From the NCBI GenBank assembly GCA_963575745.1, contig CAUYUJ010000114.1:558001-622000 (forward strand): a stretch of DNA of 64,000 nt, given 5' to 3'. The first letter of the stretch is position 1. Each line of letters begins with the position of its first letter. Below are positions 25,309 to 34,955 of this stretch, piece by piece. This DNA comes from Prorocentrum cordatum. Taxonomy: Eukaryota. The translations under genes and the position numbers were made by a program. The notes below the pieces were generated by a model. The model was not told the DNA's origin and did not search any database. It saw nothing but the letters and a program-made list of their open reading frames with translations.

Positions 25309-25578
25309 GGATTGCAAAAAAAAAAACGAAGGATTGCAAACAAAAAAAAAAAACGAAGGATTGCAAAAAAAAAAAGAAGGATTGCAAAAAAAAAAAGGAT
25401 TCCAAAAAAAAAACGAAGGATTGCAAACAAAAAAAGGATTGCAAAAAAAACGAAGGATTGCAAAAAAAAACGAAGGATTGCAATCCTTTGCAATCCTTCG
25501 TTTTTTTTTTGCAATCCTTTTTTTTTTTTGCAATCCTTCGTTTTTGCAATCCTTCGTTTTTTTTTTGCAATCCTTCGT
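25309..25578. repeat. Inverted array of GGATTGC(A)nCGAA / (T)nGCAATCCTTCG units at the PLE 5' junction
   Basis: 9 units in one orientation and 6 in the other; symmetry axis at 25480/25481 (AAGGATTG|CAATCCTT). Confidence 0.9.
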
Positions 25579-25852
25579 TCAAGTGAGGGCGGGGGGGCAC
25601 GATTTGTTGCCCCTCCCGGCGGCAGAAGCAGCAGTCATCCAATACAGGGGTGTTGTTGAGAGATCGCCGCATGCATGCATGTGTTTTTGTTTGCCGTATC
25701 GCATTGCACGCAGTATTGTGTCGATCATGCACTTGCTGTGTTCGCATGCCGCTGCCATTTTCATTCGAGTCCTGACGAGCCCCAGCAGGGGCGAAACGTT
25801 GACACGCGTAGTGAAAAGGCACGGGCTTGAGAGCGCCATACGAGTAAGGTGT
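25565..25852 (+). repeat. PLE 5' pseudo-LTR (direct repeat, 288 bp)
   Basis: Appears identical by eye to 29178-29465 (offset 3613). Confidence 0.95.
25753..25821 (+). ncRNA. Minimal type I hammerhead ribozyme (copy 1)
   Basis: CTGACGA 25772-25778, stem II GCCCC-agca-GGGGC, GAAA, palindromic AACGTT, GUU site (cut after 25800), stem I ttttcatt-cg-a-gtc / gac-a-cg-(cgt)-agtgaaaa. Confidence 0.85.
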
Positions 25853-25882
25853 GCGGAGGCAGCCGCTCGCGCTCTCGCCCAC

Positions 25883-27262
25883 ATGGAGGCTGCTGCGGCT
25901 TCAGCACTGCCGGGGGTGGCAGGAGAAGCTGGAGCAGCACCACCGCAAGCGTTGTTGACGGGTCACGAACGAGCATCAATCTTTGAACAGCGATTGGTAC
26001 AGCGAGGCAGGGTCAACTCAAGGTCCCGAGGCGCAGCTCCAGGACGACCTGAAGCGCGTCAAGTACAGGGAGCAGCAGCACCACATAATCAGCAAACAGT
26101 ATGCGACTTGCTCATGGAGCAGAACCGTCTGCTGATGGATCAGCTGCAATGCATGCGAGGTCACATGCAATACGAGCAGCCCGACAAGATTCTCGATCGC
26201 ATCGACCCTGCGGCCCGGAAGGTTTTCAACGACTGGTCCAAAAATTGCAAGCACGCCCTGGACTCCTGGGCGACCCAGCAGCACTTGGCAGACAAGTACG
26301 AGTCACTTGTGCAAAAAGGTCTGATGCATACGCATTTTGCGAGCGAGGCCAAATTCGAGTGGCAATGGCCGAAGTCGTTTCTTTTGGCCGAGGCTGGACA
26401 GCAGATGCAAGCAAATGGCCAAGATTTGGAACCAAATATTCTGCAGGATTGGAGGCGCATGAGACAACGGCACGCTCAAGAATGCATGGATTTTGTCGTG
26501 CAAACACAAAGAAGATGCCTCAACCATATGGCCACCAAAGTCAGAATCCAAGAGCAGAAAACGAGGATGCAGGAGGCTATCTTGGAATGGGCGTCAGAAG
26601 TGTACCCGGGAGAACATTCCATCCGCGACTACATCACCGCGCAGGGCGTCGAGTACGTAGAGGCGGTGATGAGGCAGGAGATGCCTCGCGCAAAAAGCAA
26701 AGTCGACAAAGAACGCGAGCAAACAAGGAAACGAGGCGAACAAATACACAAAGCAGAGCACAAGTACAACCAGATGGACAACAAAGAGCTCCTAGCCACA
26801 GCCCTTTTCGAAGTCTTGGGCCACGCCAAGAAGAAATCGGGGAGTGGGAGTAAAAGGGAGCTGATTGTCAAGGAGACTGACGCAATTGGGTTCTTGCTTA
26901 AAGATCACGCGGAGACGGCCAAAGCGCACAACGTCAAGATCGTCCCCGAGAACGCCATGAAGAGGAGGAACACACCGGCGCCCTCGGGTAGACGGCGCAG
27001 CACAAGCCGCCCGGGCTCGCAAAGCTCTAGGGCGAGATCAACCTCGAGAGCTTCGAAGTCCGGACGGGCCTCGGCGCCGTCGCGCGGCACTCGATCCTCA
27101 TCGAGGGCTTCCAAACCATCGCGGCCAGCATCATCCGCTAGGGGCAAGGCTCCGGTGTCCTTTGCCGACGGGGGTAAAGGCTGCAAGGGCAGAGGCAAGC
27201 AAGGCCGCGGCAAAGGGAAAGGCCGTGGCAACGGCAGAGGCAGAAACCCAAAAAACGAATGA
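25883..27262 (+). CDS. PLE ORF1, 459 aa, helical/coiled-coil-like with RS- and RG-rich basic tail (putative RNA binding)
   Basis: First ATG after the pLTR; intact frame; tail RRRSTSRPGSQSSRARS...GRGKGKGRGNGRGR; no GIY-YIG. Confidence 0.8.
   Translation: MEAAAASALPGVAGEAGAAPPQALLTGHERASIFEQRLVQRGRVNSRSRGAAPGRPEARQVQGAAAPHNQQTVCDLLMEQNRLLMDQLQCMRGHMQYEQPDKILDRIDPAARKVFNDWSKNCKHALDSWATQQHLADKYESLVQKGLMHTHFASEAKFEWQWPKSFLLAEAGQQMQANGQDLEPNILQDWRRMRQRHAQECMDFVVQTQRRCLNHMATKVRIQEQKTRMQEAILEWASEVYPGEHSIRDYITAQGVEYVEAVMRQEMPRAKSKVDKEREQTRKRGEQIHKAEHKYNQMDNKELLATALFEVLGHAKKKSGSGSKRELIVKETDAIGFLLKDHAETAKAHNVKIVPENAMKRRNTPAPSGRRRSTSRPGSQSSRARSTSRASKSGRASAPSRGTRSSSRASKPSRPASSARGKAPVSFADGGKGCKGRGKQGRGKGKGRGNGRGRNPKNE
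27250..27256 (+). promoter_or_regulatory. -1 ribosomal frameshift slippery heptamer A_AAA_AAC
   Basis: X_XXY_YYZ correctly phased in ORF1 (CCA AAA AAC GAA TGA); the -1 frame is the RT frame. Confidence 0.7.
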
Positions 27263-29109
27263 GGGGCAGAGGCTATTGGATTGGAGGTGATCGGCTCGAA
27301 ATCGACTTAAAGAAATACTGCGTCTCCAAAGTGTTGCGTGGACGATTGAGCCTCTTCGACCGCCCGAGCCACAAGGGTATCCATAACCTACTGCCCCCAG
27401 AATTTGCACGCACAGTGCCCACCTATGTTCTGGACTACCTTGCCAAAGGCAGCAAATTCATTCCAGACCGCGCTTGGGACAACGATTTCAGGTACGATTT
27501 CAGTTGTGCCCTCGTGCAGCTCCAGAGGCAGCTGCGCATCAAGAGCTACTTCTCCGACGCTACTTCCTCCCCCAGAGCTTCCAGGTGTAGACTGCGGTCT
27601 TCCTGGCAGCCACCACCGAATCCATACACTGATGCATTCGTCAACCTACTACGACGAGATTTGGAACATATATCTTTGCACAAGCCGCCGCTGAATACGA
27701 ATTGGTTCGACCGGCAAGCAGTTTCATGGCTGAAGCGCAACAGCGCTACCATCATGTGCGTCGATTGCGACAAGGGCCTCGGAGACGCCCGTGTGGGCAG
27801 GGACTGGGTCGAGAGCATGGCCTTCGACCACCTCGGCACATTCTATCATGAGCTGGAGCTGGACGCCGTCAATCAGGCGTTGCTCGGAACGCGCATCGGC
27901 GTGAGCTGTCTTCTGGACCAGGCTTTCGCAGCAAGTCATATCACGAAGAAGGAACATGCATACCTACATGCAGGACTACATCGGTCAAAGCTGGGGGTCT
28001 TCAGGGTGAGAATCAAAATCCACAAGTGCCCCCTTCAGATCCGACCTATTTCAAACCTCGCCGGCACGATGATTGAGCCCATAGGTAATTATCTCGTGCA
28101 GGAGTTGGGCCATGTCGTGAAGCAGCTAGATCATGTCATCGTTAGTACAGATGATTTCTTGGACCGCGTGCGGCGCGCGCAAATCCGGCCAGGAGCGCGA
28201 CTTAGAACAATGGATGTCTCTAACCTTTACCCTTCCATCGAGAGACAGCACTTCATGGAGAAAGTGACGCCGCTGGTGAGGCGTTTTGTGTCTGATTGGG
28301 GCAAGGCCAGTTTGCTAATTGAGCTGATGAGAGTCACCCTGGAGTCCAGCCTCGTCTGTTTCAAGGGAAGAACTTTCGCCCCACGTAGCGGTATACCAAC
28401 TGGTCTTTCGCCGGCCGTCATCTTCGCAAACATGTACATGCACCGTTTCGACGTTTACTTTCTCGCGAACGGAGGGGGAAGGATAGATCATTACTTCCGC
28501 TTCATCGATGACGCTTTCATGTCAGACGACATGCAAGATGAAGAAATCGACACGCTGGCGAACTCATGGCACAGAGACGTACAATGGCTCAGGACAGGCA
28601 GGGACATAGTCACCTTCCTGGATCTGAACATCCAGACAGACGAGCAGGGTATGGTGTGCTTCGACCTCTACAGAAAGGAGCTAAACCTGTATCTATACCT
28701 CCCTACGACCTCAAATCATCCTCCAGGTGTTTTCCAAGGTCTGGTTGTAGGTGAAGCCACGCGCATCGCCAGAAGGACACAAAATCAGGCCAGCCGGGAA
28801 AAACATTGGGCTTTCTTCCGAGAGCGCTTGCGGGAGAGAGGATACAACATCAGCTTCGTGAACAGGCATCTGGCCAGAGTCAGGAACGCCATGCAAAGGG
28901 AAACGCGCCACAGAGAGGTAGCACCTGCAAGAAAGTTCCATTTCAAATTGAAGTATCGGAGAGGACTGGATCCGAGAGCCGTCGGCAAAGCTTTGCGTAG
29001 GCATGCGAGTTTGTTGAATGCAGTTTTCGGCGCTCGATGTCGATGCGTATCGGCCTGGGCAGTCGATAAGAATGTCTTCCGCCAGCGCTACAGATACACT
29101 TGGTCCTGA
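27259..29109 (+). CDS. Penelope-like reverse transcriptase (616 aa), no endonuclease domain
   Basis: LAKGSKFIP, DKGLG, KIHK...IRPISN, DVSNLYPSI, GIPTGLSPAVIFANMYM, YFRFIDD, FLDLNI, LYRK...YLPTTSNHP. Confidence 0.92.
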   Translation: MRGRGYWIGGDRLEIDLKKYCVSKVLRGRLSLFDRPSHKGIHNLLPPEFARTVPTYVLDYLAKGSKFIPDRAWDNDFRYDFSCALVQLQRQLRIKSYFSDATSSPRASRCRLRSSWQPPPNPYTDAFVNLLRRDLEHISLHKPPLNTNWFDRQAVSWLKRNSATIMCVDCDKGLGDARVGRDWVESMAFDHLGTFYHELELDAVNQALLGTRIGVSCLLDQAFAASHITKKEHAYLHAGLHRSKLGVFRVRIKIHKCPLQIRPISNLAGTMIEPIGNYLVQELGHVVKQLDHVIVSTDDFLDRVRRAQIRPGARLRTMDVSNLYPSIERQHFMEKVTPLVRRFVSDWGKASLLIELMRVTLESSLVCFKGRTFAPRSGIPTGLSPAVIFANMYMHRFDVYFLANGGGRIDHYFRFIDDAFMSDDMQDEEIDTLANSWHRDVQWLRTGRDIVTFLDLNIQTDEQGMVCFDLYRKELNLYLYLPTTSNHPPGVFQGLVVGEATRIARRTQNQASREKHWAFFRERLRERGYNISFVNRHLARVRNAMQRETRHREVAPARKFHFKLKYRRGLDPRAVGKALRRHASLLNAVFGARCRCVSAWAVDKNVFRQRYRYTWS

Positions 29110-29177
29110 GTTTCTCTTTTTCTTTTTTCCCAGGGGTAGGGCTGAGTCTGAGGGTGGGCCCTGTTTTTTTTTTTTTG

Positions 29178-29465
29178 TTGCAATCCTTCGTTCAAGTGAG
29201 GGCGGGGGGGCACGATTTGTTGCCCCTCCCGGCGGCAGAAGCAGCAGTCATCCAATACAGGGGTGTTGTTGAGAGATCGCCGCATGCATGCATGTGTTTT
29301 TGTTTGCCGTATCGCATTGCACGCAGTATTGTGTCGATCATGCACTTGCTGTGTTCGCATGCCGCTGCCATTTTCATTCGAGTCCTGACGAGCCCCAGCA
29401 GGGGCGAAACGTTGACACGCGTAGTGAAAAGGCACGGGCTTGAGAGCGCCATACGAGTAAGGTGT
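29178..29465 (+). repeat. PLE 3' pseudo-LTR (direct repeat, 288 bp)
   Basis: Appears identical to 25565-25852; preceded by a T tract. Confidence 0.95.
29366..29434 (+). ncRNA. Minimal type I hammerhead ribozyme (copy 2)
   Basis: Same as copy 1; CTGACGA 29385-29391, predicted cut after 29413. Confidence 0.85.
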
Positions 29466-30700
29466 ACGCCCTCTGCCGAGTTTATGACTGCCCCATCCTT
29501 TCCCATCCCATCATCCAAGAAATCGCCCAAAATGAGAGAGACAGGCCCCCTCCCGCAAGACATCGATCTCGGGGGCAACGCGGGCGCCCGCGGTCTCGGG
29601 GCCCAACTTGCGGACGCGGGCGCGCGCGCGGCCCGATGGTGTCTTCCGGAAATTCGGCTCTTCAATGAGCACGAGGGGTCCGAGCGGGCCCATGATCTTC
29701 GCCATTGCGTTGAACACCCGCGGCTTGAAGTGCTCCCGGGTCAAGGTGATGTGCCGCGCATTTTTTTTTTCGCTGGCGCGACCTCCGACGCGAGGCCGGC
29801 CGATGCCTCCGCCGCCAAAGCGACGGGCCAGCCGTGGATGGGGGGCGCCGTTGCGCAGCGCCGTCGACTGCCACGCCAGCAGCTCGAGGTCGGCGGTGGT
29901 GCGGGGCGCGTTCTTCAGGATGCACTCGAAACCCGCGTCTATCTCCTCGTCCGGAAGCTCGTAGAATTCAGTCGCCCTTGCAGCCGCCGCGACGTCTGGT
30001 GAAAGGAAAAAGCTGGAAACTGCTTCCCGCCGAAGCGCTCGAACGCGCACTGCCAGACCTTGACTCCCACCTTGCACGGCCGAACGGGAAGAGACGAAGG
30101 CGCAGCGGCGGCCGCGCCAGGTCGTCCGTTTCCCTGGGCGCGGGTAAACCGTCCAAGCACGCCCCACAGCGCCCTCGCCTATTCGCGTTTGGCCGCGCAC
30201 CTTGGGATGCTGGAGCACGAGCTTCCTGGCGCCCCCGAACGCTGCGCTGGCAACGTTGGCCGCCTTCGCCCGGTTGGGCAGGATACAATGCTTGATGGCG
30301 TTCTTCGCGCCGTCGGGGCCGTCGAAGATGCGCGTCTGCATGGTTGCGTAGCTGGGCGGGGCCGCCTTGGAGCCGGATGGCGCTGGGAGCGCGTGGTTGG
30401 CGTCGTTCTTCCACGCAGCCTCGCGCAGGTCGTCCAGCTCGGCGGGAATTGGGCCTTCGTGTCTAGTAATTGAATCGTCGAAATGAACAAGAGAGTTCTC
30501 GTTCGCACCGACGTTGTCAGTCAATTCCCTTGAAATAAACTCCCACGGCGCCCTTGGACATGACGGCGGTCACCATGGGGGCGGGCAGAGGGCGGCAGAA
30601 CCAGCCCCCCGTCGCCGTCTTGAGGTCCTCGCAGGCAGCCATGTCGCGCCTTTCTGATGGTTGAACAGAGGTGCACGGAAGTAGCCTTCTGCGTGCCAGC
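29466..30700 (-). pseudogene. Degenerate P-loop NTPase/helicase-like ORF interrupted by the PLE (resumes at 25308 going leftwards)
   Basis: LVLIEEPNFRKTP is two single-base changes from Walker A LVLIGEPNFGKTP; frameshifted; downstream LILGDFLDDG is Walker B-like. Confidence 0.45.
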
Positions 30701-31439
30701 TGTGGATGCCGCAGGCCCTGGTGGTTGCCAGCGGCCACCAGAGGTTGAGCGCGCGTGCTGAAAGACGTGGGCAGGCTGGGCTCCACAGGCGGGCGGAGCG
30801 TCGCGCAGGCTTGCCGCGGGTGCCCAGGCACTTCGGCTGTGGTTGGTGCCTTCCTGCGACACCCGTGCGTCAGCAGCGAGACAGAGAAGCCGAGGCCCTG
30901 GATACATATACGTCGCAGGGGCTACGCTAGGGTCCGCTAGCCGCTGTTGCTTCTCGCCTCTGACGCGCACGCCCCCCGAGCGCCCCTGATCATTACGTAA
31001 TTCCTTCCTCTTTCTGCGATCTGTTTTTTCCTCCCCCCTCCCTCATCATCCCTCGCTCCTCCGCCCTTTTCCCTCTTTCCTCCCTCCCTCCTCCTTCCCT
31101 CCTCCTCCGATTGTTGTTGTCACGTGGTGCGAGAGACACCAGGAGTGGCCCAAGCTTCTCACGAATGGATGATCTGACTTACTGCTCCCAGAGCTCGAGT
31201 CGATTCGATTTCACCCTCCTCTCTCCAACCTCCCTCGCTCCTCCTCCCTCCCTCTCCCACAGATCTCTCTCGGGGCGCGGTCTGGCCAGACGAGAGCCTC
31301 GAGGGCGGGGTCGGCCATACAGCGGCGAGAGAATCTCCAGAGAGGTGCGGAAAGGGCGCAAAGCGCCCCGAAACCACGAACGTGGAGCCTGTTTCTTCCT
31401 CCTTCCCCTCTTCCCCTCCTGGCGTTTCTACACAGGTGC

Positions 31440-31622
31440 ACACACATACACACATACATACATACATACATACATACATACATACATACATACATACATA
31501 CATACATACACATGCATGCATGCATACATGCATGCATACAAACATACATACTTACATACATACATACATATATACATACATACACACATACATACACACA
31601 TACATGCATACATACATACATG

Positions 31623-31653
<31 letters not shown>

Positions 31654-31682
31654 CTATACATATACATATACATATACATATG

Positions 31683-31721
<39 letters not shown>

Positions 31722-32428
31722 GAATACATACATATGTACATATATACATACATACATACACACCTATATACATGCATGCATGCATACATACATACATACA
31801 TACATACATGCATGCATGCATGCATACATACATACATACATCCATGCATATACACACATACATACATACATACATACATACATACATACATACATACATA
31901 CACATACATACACGTATACACACAAACATACATACATACATACATACATACATACTTACATACATACACACATACATACATATACACATACATACATACA
32001 TACATACATACATACATCCATACATCCATATATACCTACACACATACATACGTACATACATACATACATACATACATACATACATACATGCACGCATGCA
32101 TGCATGCATACATGCATGCATACATGCATGCATACACACATACATACATACATACATACATACATACACATACATACACGTATACATACATACATACATA
32201 CATACATACATACATACATACATACATACATACATACACACATACATACATATACACATACATACATACATACATACATACATCCATACATCCATATATA
32301 CCTACACACATACATACATACATACATACATACATACATTCATACAAACATGCACGCATGCATGCATGCATGCATACATACATACATGCATGCATACATA
32401 CATACATATGTTTGTATGTATGTACACA
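31440..32428. repeat. (CATA)n microsatellite
   Basis: Direct inspection. Confidence 0.95.
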
Positions 32429-32644
32429 GGTGCTAGAAACAAGCATTGACCCCGATAGGTGTCTGATCTGATCATCCTCTTCCCCCTTCCAGAAAATTCG
32501 AACCTCGAACTCGAACTTCGAACCTTCTCTCTCCTCCTCCTCCTCTCCTCCTCATTCCCCTCCTCGTCCTCCTCCTCCTCCTTCCTCCTTTCTCCTCCTT
32601 CATCCTCCCCCTCTTCTTCCTCCTCCGATTCGATCCCGTCACAG

Positions 32645-32722
32645 GCGTGGGGCGAGAAGTTGGTGCAGTTCCGGCAGGAGTACGAGCAGCTCCCTCTCGA
32701 CCTCCTCAGCGAGCTGCGCGAG
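32645..32722 (+). CDS. SMC4: SMC4 exon 7 (3' end may be 32734)
   Basis: AWGEKLVQFRQEYEQLPLDLLSELRE; carries the W-x-EKL motif expected in SMC4. Confidence 0.7.
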
Positions 32723-33715
32723 GAGAGAGAGCAGGAGCACTGCGGAGCTCCTCATCTCGTCCCTCTTCTTGTATGTGTTTGGTAGTGTTCGTGAATGTTT
32801 ACTCATCTCCCTCCTTCCTCTCCTCCTCTACAGTTTGCTGCCCATCTTGCATGGAATCGTGCTCCTCCTCGCGCGGGAAAGCCCCCGCGAGGGGCGCGGA
32901 TTTCTCTTGCCCTTGGACGGGTGTGGTTCTTCACGTACGTGTTTCTGTCCGCCCTTCTCTCTTGGTAGTGGCTCTCCTCCTCCTCCTCCTCCTCCTCCTC
33001 CTCCTCCTCCTCCTCCTCCTCCTCTACTGTGGGCACGTGCAGTCAGAAATCGGCCTGCTAGCAGGTGCCCCGTGGAAGAGTCTCATCCCATGATGGCCTT
33101 TGGGGGCCCGCGGATCTTCTGCGGCAGCCTGGGGCCTCCAGCTGATCGACGAAGGATGTGCCCCGAACTTTCCTCTGGCAAGATTTCTCATCGTATGTGT
33201 CTCATGTACTTTCTCCTCCTCCTCCTCCTCATCCTCCTCCCCTTCCTCCTCCTCCATGTCCTTTCCAGCAGTTCGTATCTTCAGAGCTTCTTAGAGCCTC
33301 TCCTCCTCCTCTCTGTTTTTGTCGTGGGGTGGGCCCTCCTCCTCCTCCTCCTCCTCCTCCTCTTCTCCTTCTCCTCCTCCTCCTCCGTCTCTTCCCCCTC
33401 CTGTTCCTCGTCCTCTCGCCGTGACGCGAGCGAGTCAAGAGGAAACCAGATGCCGGAGATGTTCTACCTGCAAGTCGGGCGTGTCCCTCTACAGAAGGAC
33501 AAGAATAGTGAAAAAATAGTCTGTGGACGTTTTTTTGTATTTTATAACAATTTGTGAGCAGTTTTTGAGTATTTATTTCGCCCAAAATACCTCTGTAGGG
33601 GGACAGGCCCGACCTAATTCTACCGTCCTCGGGACGCTTGGGGTGGTGCCAACGGGGCCCCGCCAACACGGGGTCATCCCTACTGCGTGTACGGTGGTTT
33701 CGACTAGGTTCCACT

Positions 33716-33879
33716 CAGGAGGGAACAAAAAACACAGACACAAGTCATCGTCGATTCCCCAGAAAATTTGGGAACATATGGGAAGTGGGGGGGAAGACGA
33801 AAACCCCCAAAATATATGAAAATATGGGGAATTATGTTATTTGTGTGTATTTATGTGTGTGTGTCCCTGAGCCCCTTGA
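33716..33879 (+). repeat. Dispersed repeat family E (about 10 copies: 5050, 5871, 15497, 17003, 35316, 39597, 39923, 41128, 44150 inverted)
   Basis: Core acacagacac..atcgtcgattcccc..atatgggaagtgggggggaagac; this copy is flanked by a TAGGTTCCAC direct repeat. Confidence 0.75.
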
Positions 33880-34880
33880 TAGGTTCCACGTCGCTCATGC
33901 AGCCGTATGGGTCCCCACCACATTTTCATTTTCTGTCGCTTAAGTTTCCGAGGGTGCCGACGACCCTTTCATGGACCCTCGGCTAACGAAGACGTCCGTC
34001 CAGGAGGGTCCAAACGTACCTCCACCTTCTTTACACCGTGACCCAATACACCAGTTATTCATCTTCCCCCCTGGCCCTGGTCAGGTGACGATCCGCGCCG
34101 GCGCCGTCCAGGAATCAGCCATCACAGACGGCGCCTGCGCGAATCGTGACGTGACCGGCCCCCCTCACCCCCCCTTAGTCACGCCCGCAATCGCCAGGGA
34201 ATAGAAAGGCGTTTTCTAACCGAAGCGCTGTCGGAGTGCCACCGAGTCGGTGATGACGATGGCGATGACGATGCTGGTTGAACGTGGAGCGCACTTTGTC
34301 ATCGTCACCGTCATCTTCAATTCTGGATGCCCGAGATGGGCACGGAAAGAGTTGGTACAATTCCACGCCGCCGCGGCCTGTGTCCATTCGAGACAGAAGG
34401 CCGCCTGCCCAACAGCGGCAGCTGCTGGTTTGGGACAGCACTTGTTGTTGGGCACATTGTACCCATTTTTTCCGTGCCCCTTTCGGGCGCCCAAAGGAGA
34501 ACTAAGAACCCAAAAGTGCAAGCACTGCCTGGGGAATGCGAGCACCTCCGCACCACACCCCTCCCTCCCCCGAAGACGGCTGGCGAGTGGCCCGCCCTCC
34601 TCCGCGTCTGTTCGAACAGTTTCGTCCGTGAGTCTTTCCTCGTGCTTTCTCGGACTGCAGGAGGAGAAGAGGGGGAGGAGGAGGAGGAGGAGGAGGAGGA
34701 GGAGGAGGAGGAGGAGGAGGAGGAGAAAGAGGAGGAGGATCGACCCAGATGAGAGGGCGCGCCGAGTTCGGTGACGGGGAGGAGGAGGAGGAGGAGGAGG
34801 AGGAGGAGGAGGAGGAGGAGGAGGAGGAGGTGCCACTGCACCCATGTCGGGCGTCCAAGTCAGTGGCGGCGCGCCTGGAG

Positions 34881-34955
34881 GAGCCGCGGGGCGGCGCGGA
34901 GCTGCTGGCGCGGAGGGCCGTGCGGGAGGACCTGCAGGAGGCGGAGCTGCAGCAG
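34881..34955 (+). CDS. SMC4: SMC4 exon 8 (5' boundary uncertain)
   Basis: EPRGGAELLARRAVREDLQEAELQQ, coding-like codon usage, AG|G acceptor and GC donor. Confidence 0.55.

Larger units (their letters stand above)
25309..29465 (+). mobile_element. Penelope-like retroelement (PLE), endonuclease-deficient, two ORFs, apparently intact and recent
   Basis: PLE-type RT, identical 288-bp direct repeats with hammerheads, no TSD, clean interruption of a flanking reading frame. Confidence 0.9.

Noticed and set aside
25309..25578. CRISPR array or true telomere repeat
   Set aside because: No unique spacers or cas genes. The unit is not TTTAGGG and derives from the element's own pLTR.
25843..25850. GA|GTAAGG canonical splice donor at the pLTR end
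   Set aside because: No convincing acceptor and no benefit to the reading frame; could be chance.
25277..25882. N-terminal 200 aa of the 661-aa ORF in the track
   Set aside because: It runs through the junction array and the pLTR/ribozyme; the credible ORF1 start is ATG 25883.
25565..29465. LTR retrotransposon or DIRS interpretation
   Set aside because: No TG...CA ends, PBS, protease, RNase H, integrase or tyrosine recombinase; the RT motifs are PLE-type.
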